Shown here: piece after piece, positions 34,168 through 47,590 of the stretch
Layout of the letters: each line of letters begins with the position of its first letter
How positions within the stretch are numbered: position 1 is the first letter of the stretch
Source of the DNA: the human T2T-CHM13v2.0 reference genome, Homo sapiens
Assembly: GCF_009914755.1 (NCBI RefSeq)
Contig: NC_060941.1
Reading direction: 5' to 3' (one strand)
DNA length: 64,000 nucleotides
Notes under the pieces: generated by a model
What the model was told of the DNA's origin: nothing
The model's database searches: none
The model's input: the letters and a program-made list of their open reading frames with translations, nothing else
Position numbers and translations under genes: made by a program

Positions 34168-34597
34168 GCTGGGCGCGGTGGCTCACACCTGTCATCCCAG
34201 CACACTGCCCGCCTCGGCGGGCAGATCATGAGGTCAGGAGTTCCAGACCAGCCTGGCCAATATAGTGAAACCTCGTCTCTACTAAAAATACAAAAATTAG
34301 CCAGGCTTGATGGCGGGCACCTGTAGTCCCAGCTACTCAGGAGTCTGAGGCAGGAGAATTGCTTGAACCTGGGAGTCGGAGGTTGCAGTGAGCCGAGATC
34401 ACGCCACTGCACTCCAGCCTGGGTGACAGAGCAAGACTCTGTCTCAAAAAAAAAAAAAGAAAAGAAAAGAAAGAAAGAAGAGAAAGAAAGAAAGAAAGGA
34501 AGGAAGGAAGGAAGGAAGGAAGGAAGGAAGGAAGGAAGGAAGGAAGGAAAGAAAAGAAAAGAAAAAAGAAAAGAAAAGGAAAAGAAAAGAAAAGAAA
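34168..34597 (+). mobile_element. AluS with expanded GA-rich tail
   Basis: TSD agaaaatcttgcaaacc 34151-34167 and 34598-34614. Confidence 0.92.
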
Positions 34598-34603
34598 AGA
34601 AAA
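34446..34603 (+). repeat. 158-nt pure purine tract including (GGAA)13
   Basis: (GGAA)13 at 34498-34549, flanked by GAAA/GAAAA repeats. Confidence 0.95.
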
Positions 34604-35199
34604 TCTTGCAAACCAAGATGAGTTGTAAAAGGGGAAATAAGACTTCACACCTTCACCACTCTCTGCCCATAATCTGAGCTGCACTTCATGCCTCTGCCAC
34701 TCCATGTCTCTAATTTGAGATGCAGGATTTGCACTGACCTGAACACTGAGCAGCCAGCCCTCTCCTCTCAGCACAGATGCTGTCTGAGAGGACTGCCCAT
34801 CATCCATTTAGGTACAGCAAGTCCCAGAAAACAAGAGAGCAGGAAGTGCAGGGTAGAACAAGGGGCGTGGGAGGGGTGCTCACTGTTCGGAAAGGTACAG
34901 ATGCTACAGGCCAAGCCCAGCCAATGCCCTGGCTGCAGGGCATTGAGAAGAGACCCCAGGAACTGTGAGTTTTCATGTTCTCCATCAATTCGGAGTATCA
35001 GAGGACCAGATAGTAACGTGACAGTTCACCAGGCAAAGGCCAATTCGAAAACAGAAACTGGACTGAGAGATGGGTGCACCATCGAACCCTACAGGCAGGT
35101 AGCTGTGAGGGGAAGTCAACCTTCCCCCAAGCCGACAGTGTGCCAAGGCTAGTGACAGTCGATACTTTCTGTTGGTACATGCCACGTTTACATAGATCC

Positions 35200-36110
<911 letters not shown>

Positions 36111-37283
36111 CCCTCCCTACCAATGGCTAGAGAGCTCTTTCTACTAGAATAAAAGCTCCATACAGCAGGGATTTTGTTTTGCTCACTGCTCTATCACGGT
36201 GCATACAGGGCCTGGCATCACCCCTTGGAAAGTGCTAGAAGACAAACCCCACTGAGTTTAAAGCTTCACGGGGTACAGTCATTGTTATGTCCATTGCTGT
36301 GGGTATTCAATAAATATTTGCTGAAGCTAAACTGCAAATGTGAATTTTTACCCAAAACTTTGTAATTCAAGACATACAAATCCATCAAGTTGTATGAGTA
36401 TTTCAAGTGAAAGAAATAGGAAGGTTCTGTTAGAGGCATGCAAGTGAAGACACCATCTCCTTACCCTCCAGGCACTGAGAGAGAAAATTAGGAAGACAAC
36501 ACAGCCATGGGGAAGTAATAATACAAATACAATGCATATGTAAGTCATTTCTTGCTCAGTACAAACTCCCAATGCAAAAATCCAGAGAACTGTGTGCTGC
36601 CTGGTGGATTTTCCAGCTCATTGCGGGGGGGAAGATTAGTGCCTTAGTATTTCATTCACCTCCTTTTCTGCTCCTGTCCATCCCAGAACCAGGATACGAG
36701 TTTCTCCTACAAGGCCAGTGCAGATGAAGCAATGGGCCATGTGTGAGGAGCACGCATAACTGATGTTCCCTTTCTGTCCAGGCGCATACCAACAATGAGG
36801 ACTATTCAAGCTTTAGGGACACTCTGCTGGGAGGATCCAGAAACAAGAAGTCTTTGTTTTTCGTGTCCACCAAAGCAACACTGTGCTATGTAAGGCACCA
36901 CAGTGGCCATTTTCTTCGCCGTGGAACTTCAGTCTTTATTTTCTGCATGTTAAAAACTCATATTGAATGGACCAAGTCTTGTTTTCTTCCTTAATTTGGG
37001 TAAGACCAATAAACCACCCCATGGCAATGCTTTCTGTCATCAAAGCCCTCTTTATATCATCCTCCCTCTAAAAGCTGTCCCTGCTTTAGAAATCAAAGTA
37101 TGCAGTATGATCTCAATATGGAAAATAGCACTCCCTCACCCAAATGAAGTACTAAAGAAAGACACAGACACATTAACAAAGCTTATCTTTGTATTGGGGG
37201 ATTCTCCGGTTGTTTCAATTCTATTTCTTTCACCAATTTTAAAATTTTACTTTATTTAAAAATATTTTAAAATAATTTTTTGA

Positions 37284-37621
<338 letters not shown>

Positions 37622-39137
37622 TGAAATTAGTTTTACAATCAGCAAATCATCATATACAATCCTAAATATACTATATGATCCCAATTGTGGAGAAAAATAT
37701 ACACAACATAAAAAAGAATGCCCCTAATTATTTTCTTATTTCTGTTTTTCTATATTTTCCATGTTTTCTATAATGAGCATATTAATTTTAATGCCTTTTA
37801 AAAATTCTAAGCTTATTTTCTATTATCAGCTAGTACATGAATATCACCTTACTAAAATTATTTAAACAAGTCCAATAAAACCCTCCTTGACATATCCCAT
37901 CACATTTGACATCCCCTAAAATGAGTACTATTTATCAGGTAGGGTTTATTGTATTATCTTTCAAATGGCAAGACAGTTGGTGGGGTGGGGGGGCTTTATC
38001 TTTAAGAAAACAGAGACAAAATGACTTTCTCAACCAATGCAACGCTAACACAAAAATTAGAGACAGAAGGCACCTTAGTAATCATCTGATCACATCTCAT
38101 CATTTTACAGATGGACAAACTGAGGCCTGGAGACAGAGCTTGGACACCGAGTCTCCCCAGTACCCACACAGAGCCCTCTCCTTGCCCTCTGCCCACCCTA
38201 AACCTGGGTGCAGATGTCACCCCCATGACTAGAGGGCTAGCACATGGTCAGATGGCACAGCAGAACCAAGGCCCCATTCAGGACCACTCCCCAAGATGAC
38301 CTCCACACTGCTGGAAAAGGTGACCCTCTCCATCAGGCCCAGCTCTCTTCTCCTGAAGCACAAGCTACTTCCCGTCTGTTAGCAGCCAGGCAAACCCCAC
38401 GAAAGGAAGGGCCCAGGGAGGAAACATCTGTGTATACACGAGGGGTGAAGTCATAAGCCCTCTTGACTTTCCCTTTTGGCAAATCCTCTTCTGCCTAATT
38501 TTTTTTCCCCTACATCATTGAGATGCAAAGCTCCATTCAAACAAGGGGGCCTGGAAGACTCCAGCAGCTTCTAGAAACCAAAACTTCCATTCTGCTACAG
38601 AGATTCTCAAAAGAAGGTATGTCTTGTTGCACTGGGGTGTGGGTGGGGCTAAGAACAGAAGATAGATGCCCTGCAAACCACTCAGTTGACCACAGACATC
38701 CATGTGCTTACCCCTAAACCCAGCTTCTGCCCTTCAGCCAAGCAGAGAGGAAGCTCAAATGCAGGTTCCACAGCTTCTCAGCCATATAACCCTGGCCAAG
38801 GCACTTCACCTCTACAAACCTCATCTTTTTTCTTTCCCACATAGGAAAATGCAGATGCCACCACCTACTTCATAGAATTTTTGCAGGGATTAAATAAGAC
38901 AGTAGAAACAATGGTAGGTACATATTAGCTTCATCCCATACTTTTCCATCCCCTTGAGAAAAGCCATCAACTGAGGTCACCAATGCTGAGTCACTCATGT
39001 TGCCCGGACTTTCCCAACAGCACGGCTAAACTCTCCAGAATGATACCTTCTAACCATTCTGACATAAACTGAGCTGACTGAAGGAAAGAGCACGTGAATG
39101 ACGAGACTAGAATTCAAAGAAACATCAGAATAGGTTC

Positions 39138-39264
39138 TCATCAATGGCTTTGCGGGCCTAGAGCCCTCCAAGTAAATACATTTGGAAAAGACGTGGTTTC
39201 TTGGCTCGCATGGACTGTCCCCTAAAGTAACTAAAGCCATTAGACAAAGAGAAAGCTGAAGGAG
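39138..39264 (+). repeat. Local direct duplication A (second copy 40942-41064)
   Basis: 45-nt identical core at 39163-39207 and 40967-41011. Confidence 0.95.
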
Positions 39265-39316
39265 ACCCTGCCAGTAAAACTCACAGGGCGGAGAACACAC
39301 GCAAGTCCACGAGGGC

Positions 39317-39393
39317 TACAACCATACAAAGCTGCTGGGGTAAATGAAAACAAGACCCAGAAACAAACATGGTCCTTGACCAAGAACTGCAAA
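39317..39393 (+). repeat. Local direct duplication B (second copy 39825-39901)
   Basis: 67/77 ungapped identity. Confidence 0.93.
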
Positions 39394-41574
39394 CAAACCA
39401 GTGCAAGACCCTGGCAAACTTCTGAAAATGGCCTCATGTGCCTTCATTTGAACATGGGCAAGGGCACTCCAAGAAAATTTCGTACCCCAGATCGATCGCT
39501 CAAGCTCCCAAAAATGAGACAGGCTGGATAACAGGCAGGAAAAACGGGTTAAGTTTCCCTTTTTCCCCAGCATTGGATATCCCCCAAATCACATTCACTG
39601 CCTTTATCTCACCATTAGATCTTATCTTTTTGTTGTTTTTAGTAGCTAAAGGACTACTGTGGACCAGTAACTTGATATACAGTAGTTTATTTGACCCTTA
39701 TAAAAACCCTGGGAGGGAAGTATTTATTTTCATTTTATAATCGGGCTAGCTTGAACCCAGTAGTCTGTCTCCAAGACTGGTGCTAGTTCCATCTCACCCC
39801 ACACTGTCCCCCGATTCCTCCATTTACAATCATAGAAAGCTGATGGGCTGAATGAAAACGAGCCCCAGAAACAAACCTGGTCCCTGACCGAGAACTGCAA
39901 AAGGCAGTTCCCAAAACACTTTCCCATCATACCTGAGACTCCTCTGCGGCGTCTAGGAATCCAATATCCAAAGGCAAATACTCCAGGGTTGAAGTTACAG
40001 TCGAAGCCATGACCTGCCAAGGCCTTGATCATCAACTGTCAAATTGATAATCAGGTAGAAGGTAACAGGAGATTGCCAGTGGGAAGCCTCATTAACTAGT
40101 GGGAGGGGTCCCAGCGGGGAGAAACAGGTCTAAGAGGGTGGGTAGGAAACTACCAAGAGAAGCATCTCCACAGCAAAGAGCCGTGACCAGCACCCTCGAG
40201 TGAAATGACACCCTAGAAGGATGCCAACTGAGTGCCACACACTGCGTAGCTGTGAGCAGTTTTGTTTTTCAGCTGGCAGAGCTGGGAGTCCCAGAAGGCA
40301 CCCCCTGCCCACCCATGCAAAGCAAGTAAGCGGCACAGGCTGCCAGAGGCTCCGTCCTCACCCTCACGCACTCACGCTCAGTCACCAGAAAGCCCCTCTC
40401 GTGTAGGCTGAATTCTGGGAGCTTGAGTTCAACTCTCCAGCCCAGAAGGGGAACCACCTTGCTCTGTCTAGTGGGCCAGGCTCCTCACTTTGGGGCTTTC
40501 TCCTGGGCAATTTAGCCCCTGCCCCTGCCCAGCTTCTCCTCCCCCGTGCACAGCCACACCTCACCCCCACAGCGGCTCTCCTTTGGGTGGCCTGAGATAA
40601 GCGGCCTTCATCCCTTACTCATGGGAGCTCCTTGAGAACAACAATAGTGTCATACTCAAATCCATCCCCAGGCACAGAAAATGTACACAATAAACACACA
40701 TTGGCTACATGGAGTTCTTCCTGGTCTCTGAGTAGGGTTTTCAGCTCACCTAGAAAGTGGGTTTCTTACTTTCCTGTGGTCACCCAGGCAGCAAGGTGGA
40801 GGAAGAGAGGGAAACAAGAAGGCAGAGATGAAAGCACTACCCACACATTTATCTATTTTACCCTAGGAGGAGTCTGGGCTACTTAAATGCTCTCAGGGGT
40901 CCCCAAACCACAAATGAATAAAATGGACCAAGGGGAAAAGATCAACAACGGCTTCGCGAGCCTGGGGCCCTCCAAGTAAATACATTTGGAAAAGACGTGG
41001 TTTCTTGGCTCACGTGCACTGCCCACTAAAGTAACTAAAGCCATTAGAGAGAAAGCTGAAGGAGGCCAAGTGATCTTCTATGAAAACAGCAGTCTGAGTT
41101 ACCAATGCTAGATCTGAAATGTACATGTGTGGCTGGCTCTTTACCTACATGATTTTAAAGAACTGGCATATTTTCACCCAAGGACCCCCAGCGCCTGAAT
41201 GCCTGGTCACCCTGGAGAAGCCCTTGTTTGTAGGGTCACACACCACCAGCCCCATGGGAAGGGAGCCCAGGAACCATCTCTCCAGAACAGTTGAAGGCAC
41301 CAGGTCTCTTCATCGATGTGGCATCTGTGGAGCCCACAGATGCAAGTGCTGAATCGTCTAGAAAAAACGGGACTGAGATTTGCTGAGATCTCAAAATCTG
41401 GAAGAACTCCTCCAGCCCTCTCCGCAGGTACCGACTCTGCCTGGAGGGGCACGGCAGTGAGATCCTTAACTCCTCTTTGGCTAGGGAGCCTCACCTCTCT
41501 CCCCCATGGGTCTTAAAAGGAGAGGAGAAAGTGACAATAAGAGGTGCTGGCGTCCTATCCATCCCCTGAGCATC

Positions 41575-41757
41575 AGAGCGGTGATTCTCAAGCTTCAGCA
41601 TGCATCAGAAGGGCTGTTAGGACACAGTCTGCCGGGCCCACCCTCCAAGCTTCTGGATCCGTAGGTTTGGGTACCATCCAACTATCTGAATTTCTCACAA
41701 GCCCCCAACTGATGCAGCTGTTGCACACGTAGGCACTCCACTTTGAGAATCACTAGT
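41575..41757. mobile_element. MER5A-like
   Basis: gtgattctcaag...cactttgagaatcact inverted termini. Confidence 0.75.
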
Positions 41758-43796
41758 TTCAAGAGAAAAACAAAGACGGTCTGTTCTAAATCGACCTCTG
41801 GACCTAGAAGATTAATCTTTAGGAAACATAAATTCACTTTCAGAAAGAAAGAGACTCTTTTAACTTTTTTTTTTTTGAAAAGCATGGCCCTCTTACTTTC
41901 CTTCTTTTCATAGACATGGGTGCGGGGAATATTTCCTGCTTTCCCTAACCATAAGAAAAGGAATCCAAATGAAATGAATAATGGCAACTGTTCCACTATT
42001 GGCCTTAGCGCTGGTAACAGCAGAGATGGGTGGAGACTGCGCAAATTGGAAACCCACTACTTATCATCAGCATATTGTTGCCAAGCAGGGCGGCAGGCTT
42101 GGTGTTGCTAGAGCATCTCGTTTTTGCAAGAGAAGCTGGAAATCTGGATTTTTAATGGAAAACCTGCAGATTTTAAGATGTTGGCAACCAACTGAAACAT
42201 TTTTAAGTGAAACCATGGGCAACCAAAAACAAAACAACCACTAAAAACCCCCCATGATTCTGTATTTGATTTTGCACACCGGCTACCAGTGTGCAACCCC
42301 TGATTGTAACTGTCGGGGGCCTTTATAAGCAGTCGTTTGAAGAGGGGGTTCCCTGGTTCTAACGAATTGAATACCACCCACCTTAGACTAAAGTACCAAT
42401 CAGCACGTCTGCTCCATACCACACATCCTTTTAGCCAGGACCTCTTACACTGGTGGGTGCAGCTGGATGCCAGCTTCCACGGGATCTGTGAACCCCTTCC
42501 AAGGGCTGCAAATGTGTGGCCTGCTCCCACCCACCCGAGAACTGGGCTCCCTGAGCCTGGGCCTAACCTTCTTTGGAAAGGAAGCACAAGACAAGATTCC
42601 TGAGGCAGAAGGGACCCTGGAAAGCCTGTCCTACTCAGTCTCTGGAAAGAGGAGCAGCCCATCAGCTGAGAAGGTTTGGAAGTGGAGGAGGTGCGTAAGA
42701 AAGCTGAAACAGGTTAAGGAATGAGGCAAACACCACCAGGAGAAAGCAGTCAGGGGCGACACCACACATCAAGCAGGCTGATAGAAGAGCAGGAATTTGG
42801 GAACGGAGGAGGAAGCCAGCCAGGCACAGTGGCCTGGGGTAGGATAGTGCACATCCTCAGGTCTGAATGTGAAATGACACAGCCATCATGGTGAGCAGAG
42901 AGATGCCCATGGGTAGCAAGCCCAAGCGCTGGAAGCTAGCACCTGGGAACATGGGGCATGGTGGGAAGGAAGGTTGGATCCATGCCTCGTGGGAGATGTA
43001 AGGTACCCAAACCTGCAGAGGTAGGGAGAGTAGGAACATGTGCTCTGGGGCCGCTGGGAAGAATGCACGGTGATGTGGCCATAGGCATCCTCACTCTGCC
43101 CACAGAAGCTGTCCCCTGGCGGACCTCAGGCCCTGGCCACCTCCCTGTTCCCAGACTTCCTGCTTTCCAGTTGGCTTGTTCATCCCTGTCTGTACCGCAC
43201 TGCACATGAGCTTCCCAAAATGACGTTGCATCCTGATCCCCACCCCACTGAAAACCCGTCCCCTCCCTTTCCAGGTTGGCCAGGTTTTCCCCCACAAGGA
43301 AATCAGCAGCCATCTCCCGGAGACAGTCCAGGCCCATTCAGCCACCGCTGGAGGCCAGCAGTTTTCAAACTTTATTTTCAAAGTCTGGTTCACAATAAAA
43401 AACACATTTTACTTCACAACTCAATATACAAAAACAAAGCAAAAGTTTCATGGAACAATGCTTGCCCTTGCCACACATAACGCGCTCTGATATTTTTCCG
43501 CTCTGGTTTTTGTGCAGGTTGACACTGATTGCTTGCATTGTGTGACTCATGATGTATGGTTTGGAAAACAATGCTTTACCTGGTCCCAATCTCCATTTTT
43601 AGAATCTCTTTTTTTAACTCCATCTCAATCAACAACCCCTATAAAGGATTCCTTCATGATACTTTCTTTGACCCGCCAGGTAGAAGTGAATTATCCCCAA
43701 TTCTGAATCTCCCAGCCCCTGCAGACTGTATATCATTCACGGGCACTTAGATGATAGTCATATAATTTTTCTCTTTTCTAGAACAGTGTCCAATGT

Positions 43797-44241
43797 CCGG
43801 GTGCAGTGGTTGATATCTATAATCCCAGCACTTTGAGATCGCTTGAGTTAAGGAGTTTGAGACCAGTCTGGGCAACATAGTGAGACCCCCATCTCTACAA
43901 AAAATGTAAACATTAGCCAGGCATGGTGGTGTGTGCCTGTAGTCCCAGCTACTTGAGAGGCTGAGGTGGGAAGACTGCTTGAGCCCAGGAGTTCGAAACC
44001 AGCCTGGGCAACAAAGTGACAGCCTGTCTCTACAAAAACTTTTAAAATTAGCCAGGCATGATGGTGCACACCTGTAGTCCCAGCTACTCAGGAGGCCGAG
44101 GTGGGAGGATCGCTTGAGCCCAGAAATTCAAGGCTGCAATGAACTATGAGCATGCCACTGCACTTCAGGCTGGGGAACAGAGTGAGACTCTGACTCTGGA
44201 AAAAATAAGCAAATAAAAAATAAAAATAAATTAAAAAAAAA
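43797..44241 (+). mobile_element. Three-arm AluJ composite
   Basis: Left arm, then a right/left chimeric arm, then a right arm with A-tail. Confidence 0.8.
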
Positions 44242-44291
44242 AGAACAAGGTCTCAGTCTTCGGCTCCAACACTTAAAATATCCGTCAAATG

Positions 44292-46168
44292 GGCCGGGCG
44301 CAGTGGCTCACGCCTGTAATCCCAGCACTTTGGGAGGCCAAGGCAGGTGGATCACGAGGTCAGGAGATCAAGACCATCCTGGCTAACACGGTGAAACCCC
44401 GTCTCTACTAAAAATACAAAAATTAGCTCCCTCTCCCTCTCCCGTCTCCCTCCCCACGATCTCCCTCCCCACGATCTCCCTCTCCCTCTCTTTCCACGGT
44501 CTCCCTCTCCCTCTCTTTCCACGGTCTCCCTCTGATGCCGAGCCGAAGCTAGACTGTACTGCCGCCATCTCGACTCACTGCAACCTCCCTGCCTGATTCT
44601 CCTGCCTCAGCCTGCCAAGTGCCTGGGATTGCAGGCGCGCGCCACCACGCCTGACTGGTTTTCATATTTTTTTTTTTGGTGGAGACGGGGTTTCGCTGTG
44701 TTGGCCAGGCTGGTCTCCAGCTCCTAACCGCGAGTGATCTGCCAGCCTCGGCCTCCCGAGGTGCCGTGATTGCAGACGGAGTCTCGTTCACTCAGTGCTC
44801 AATGTTGCCCAGGCTGGAGTGCAGTGGCGTGATCTCGGCTTGCTACAACCTCCACCTCCCAGCCGCCTGCCTTGGCCTCCCAAAGTGCCCAGATTGCAGC
44901 CTCTGCCTGGCCGCCAGCCCGTCTAGGAAGTGAGGAGTGTCTCTGCCTGGCAGCCCATCATCTGGGATGTGAGGAGCCCCTCTGCCCGGCTGCCCAGTCT
45001 GGGAAGTGAGGAGCGCCTCTTCCCAGCTGCCATCCCATCTAGGAAGTGAGGAGCCTCTCTGCCCGGCCCCCCATCGTCTGAGATGTGGGGAGCGCCTCTG
45101 CCCTGCCGCCCCGTCTGGAATGTGGGGAGCGCCTCTGCCGGGCCGCGACCCCGTCTGGGAGGTGAGGAGCGTCTCTACCCGGCCGCCCCATCTGAGAAGT
45201 GAGGAGCCCCTCCGCCCGGCAGCCGCCCCATCTGGGAAGTGAGGAGCATCTCCACCCGGCAGCCGCCCCGTCAGGGAGGGAGGTGGGGGGCAGCCCCCGC
45301 CCGGCCAGCCGCCCCGTCTGGGAGGGAGGTGGGGAGCAGCCCCCGCCCCGCCAGCCGCCCCGTCCGGGAGGTGGGGGGCGCCTCTGCCTGGCCGCCCCTT
45401 CTGGGAAGTGAGGAGCCCCTCTGCCTGGCCACCGCCCCGTCTGGAAGGTGTACCCAGCAGCTCACTGAGAACGGGCCATGATGACGATGGGGGTTTTGTC
45501 GAATAGAAAAGGGGGAAATGTGGGGAAAAGATAGAGAAATCAGATTGTTGCTGTGTCTGTGTAGAAAGAAGTAGACATAGGAGACTCCATTTTGTTCTGT
45601 ACTAAGAAAAATTCTTCTGCCTTGGGATGCTGTTAATCTATGGCCTTACCCCCAACCCCGTGCTCTCTGAAACATGTGCTGTGTCCACTCAGGGTTAAAT
45701 GGATTAAGGGCAGTGCAAGATGTGCTTTGTTAAACAGATGCTTGAAGGCAGCATGCTTGTTAAGAGTCATCACCACTCCCTAATCTCAAGTACCCAGGGA
45801 CACAAACACTGCGGAAGGCCGCAGGGTCCTCTGCCTAGGAAAACCAGAGACCCTTGTTCACTTGTTTATCTGCTGACCTTCCCTCCACTATTGTCCTATG
45901 ACCCTGCCAAATCTCCCAATGCGAGAAATACCCAAGAATGATCAATAAATACTAAAAACAAAAACAAAAACAAAAACAAAACAAAACAAAGCAAACAAAA
46001 AAAAATTAGCCAGGTGTGGTGGCAGGTGCCTGTAGTCCAAGCTACTCAGGAGGCTGAGGCAAGAGAATGGCGTGAACCCAGAGGCGGAGCTTGCAGTAAA
46101 CCGAAATCACGCCACTGCACTCCAGCCTGGGCTACAGAGCGAGACTCCGTCTCAAAAAAAAAAAAAAA
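44292..46168 (+). mobile_element. AluY split by an SVA (left arm 44292-44427; right arm 46001-46168)
   Basis: TSD atccgtcaaatg 44280-44291 and atctgtcaaatg 46169-46180. Confidence 0.93.
44428..46000 (+). mobile_element. SVA retrotransposon (older SVA_A-C-like), antisense to GAS7
   Basis: CCCTCT start, Alu-like domain, GC-rich VNTR (~44890-45450), SINE-R, AATAAA 45944-45949, A-rich tail; TSD aaaaattagc 44418-44427 and 46001-46010. Confidence 0.96.
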
Positions 46169-47393
46169 ATCTGTCAAATGTTTGATGTTATAGGAGAAGC
46201 CCGAATGACATATTCTGACAGCAATAAAATTGTACTACATTTCACACCATACTGATCAGAGGAGCCGTCTGAAGAACTCCATCTTCGGACAACTCCTCTG
46301 GCTGGGCCAGTGTTCTGATACCGGTGCCATCCTCTCCCAGACTCAGGAGAACAGAGCTGTGGCCTGCTATGGTGAGATGCCTTATAGTTTGCAACCCACT
46401 CTGCTCTCAGACACATCACACCCCTATCACAGTCCTCAATAGGTTCACACTGGCCGTAACATTGACTCATTGCAATGCCAGGGGAAGATATTTAGCACAT
46501 CTTGAGGTTAGGTGGGGAAATAGAGCCTCAGAAAAGTTGACAAAATGGTCACACAGGTAGAAAGTGGCTGAATCCACGCAAATCCAAGTTTTGTAGATTC
46601 AAACTTCCATGCTCTTTCCAGAGGCCGATCCAGATCAAGTTATACAATCCTGTGTTCATTACACGTCTCCGGCTTGCAAAACCAGAAAGGAACATCAGGG
46701 TATGCTGTCCACGCTGTATCCCCTTTCACTGTTGTGTACACCCACACGCTGCCTGGTCCCATGACAGAATGCGCACAAACGTGGCATGCATGAGTAAGTC
46801 AGAAGACCAGTGTGGACCTGGTTTCCCATCCCACTTTCCCCAGGGCAGCTGTGTGACATCTGGCAGAGCGTGTCACCTCTCTGAGCATCTCCCTCATCTA
46901 GAACCTGGGGGAACTGTATCTGCTGGTTCCCAAGGGCCTTTTCAGGCTTCTCCTGAGAACTCTATTATGCTACTTGGAGCCACGTGGCCTCTACAAATTC
47001 TCGCTACACTGGGGAATTAAGAAAAGGCAAACTGAGGAGGAGAAGATCCAAAACAGGAAACTGAGGTAAATCCCCGGAAATCAAGAAAAACTCACTTCCC
47101 ACAGAGCTCATCTCAGATACTTCCCCTGCCCAAGTGGCTTTCTCTTCTTTCCAGACCCTTGGGTCATGGTGCGACCCAGACTCACTGGATGCATGAGGAG
47201 GACTGATACACGGGAAGACAGAAGAATCCCCCAAATCCCCCCCAGAGCAGAGCCAAACCCTAGCCAAGCAAGAGGTCATCCAAGGAAGATTTCTCCTCCT
47301 GCAGGAGTGGCGGCTGCCTCGCACTCAACCTGGTCCAATTAGCTTCGAGCATCTGCATCAAAGATAACCAGCAGAGCCCTGGTTCCAACTCAC

Positions 47394-47485
47394 CTCAGCC
47401 TTGTGGTGTGTCCTTATGCAAATCTGACACGCTGGTCATTTTCTGCCACCATCCCCACATCTGCTGCTTCCCCGTGGCATCGGCT
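47394..47485 (-). other. GAS7: Candidate non-coding alternative first exon of GAS7
   Basis: Donor GAG|gtgagt at 47394; minus TATATATAAA 47507-47516; RFX palindrome 47561-47574. Confidence 0.55.
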
Positions 47486-47590
47486 AATTCACTGTGCAAA
47501 GCAGCATTTATATATAGAAAGTTGCAGCCACGCAGGTTAGCATTAAAATAGAGACTTGACGTTGCCGTGGCAACCAAACAAATGATATTC
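47410..47590. promoter_or_regulatory. Dense motif cluster (promoter/enhancer)
   Basis: Octamer ATGCAAAT 47416-47423; E-box CATCTG 47458-47463; MEF2/TATA TTATATATAG 47508-47517; TGACGT 47557-47562; RFX GTTGCCGTGGCAAC 47561-47574. Confidence 0.65.

Noticed and set aside
34020-34807. Long ORFs with FLPS/KEGR repeats
   Set aside because: Translations of an Alu and its GGAA microsatellite.
44383-45941. ORFs within the SVA
   Set aside because: SVA is non-coding; GC-rich VNTR frames stay open by composition.
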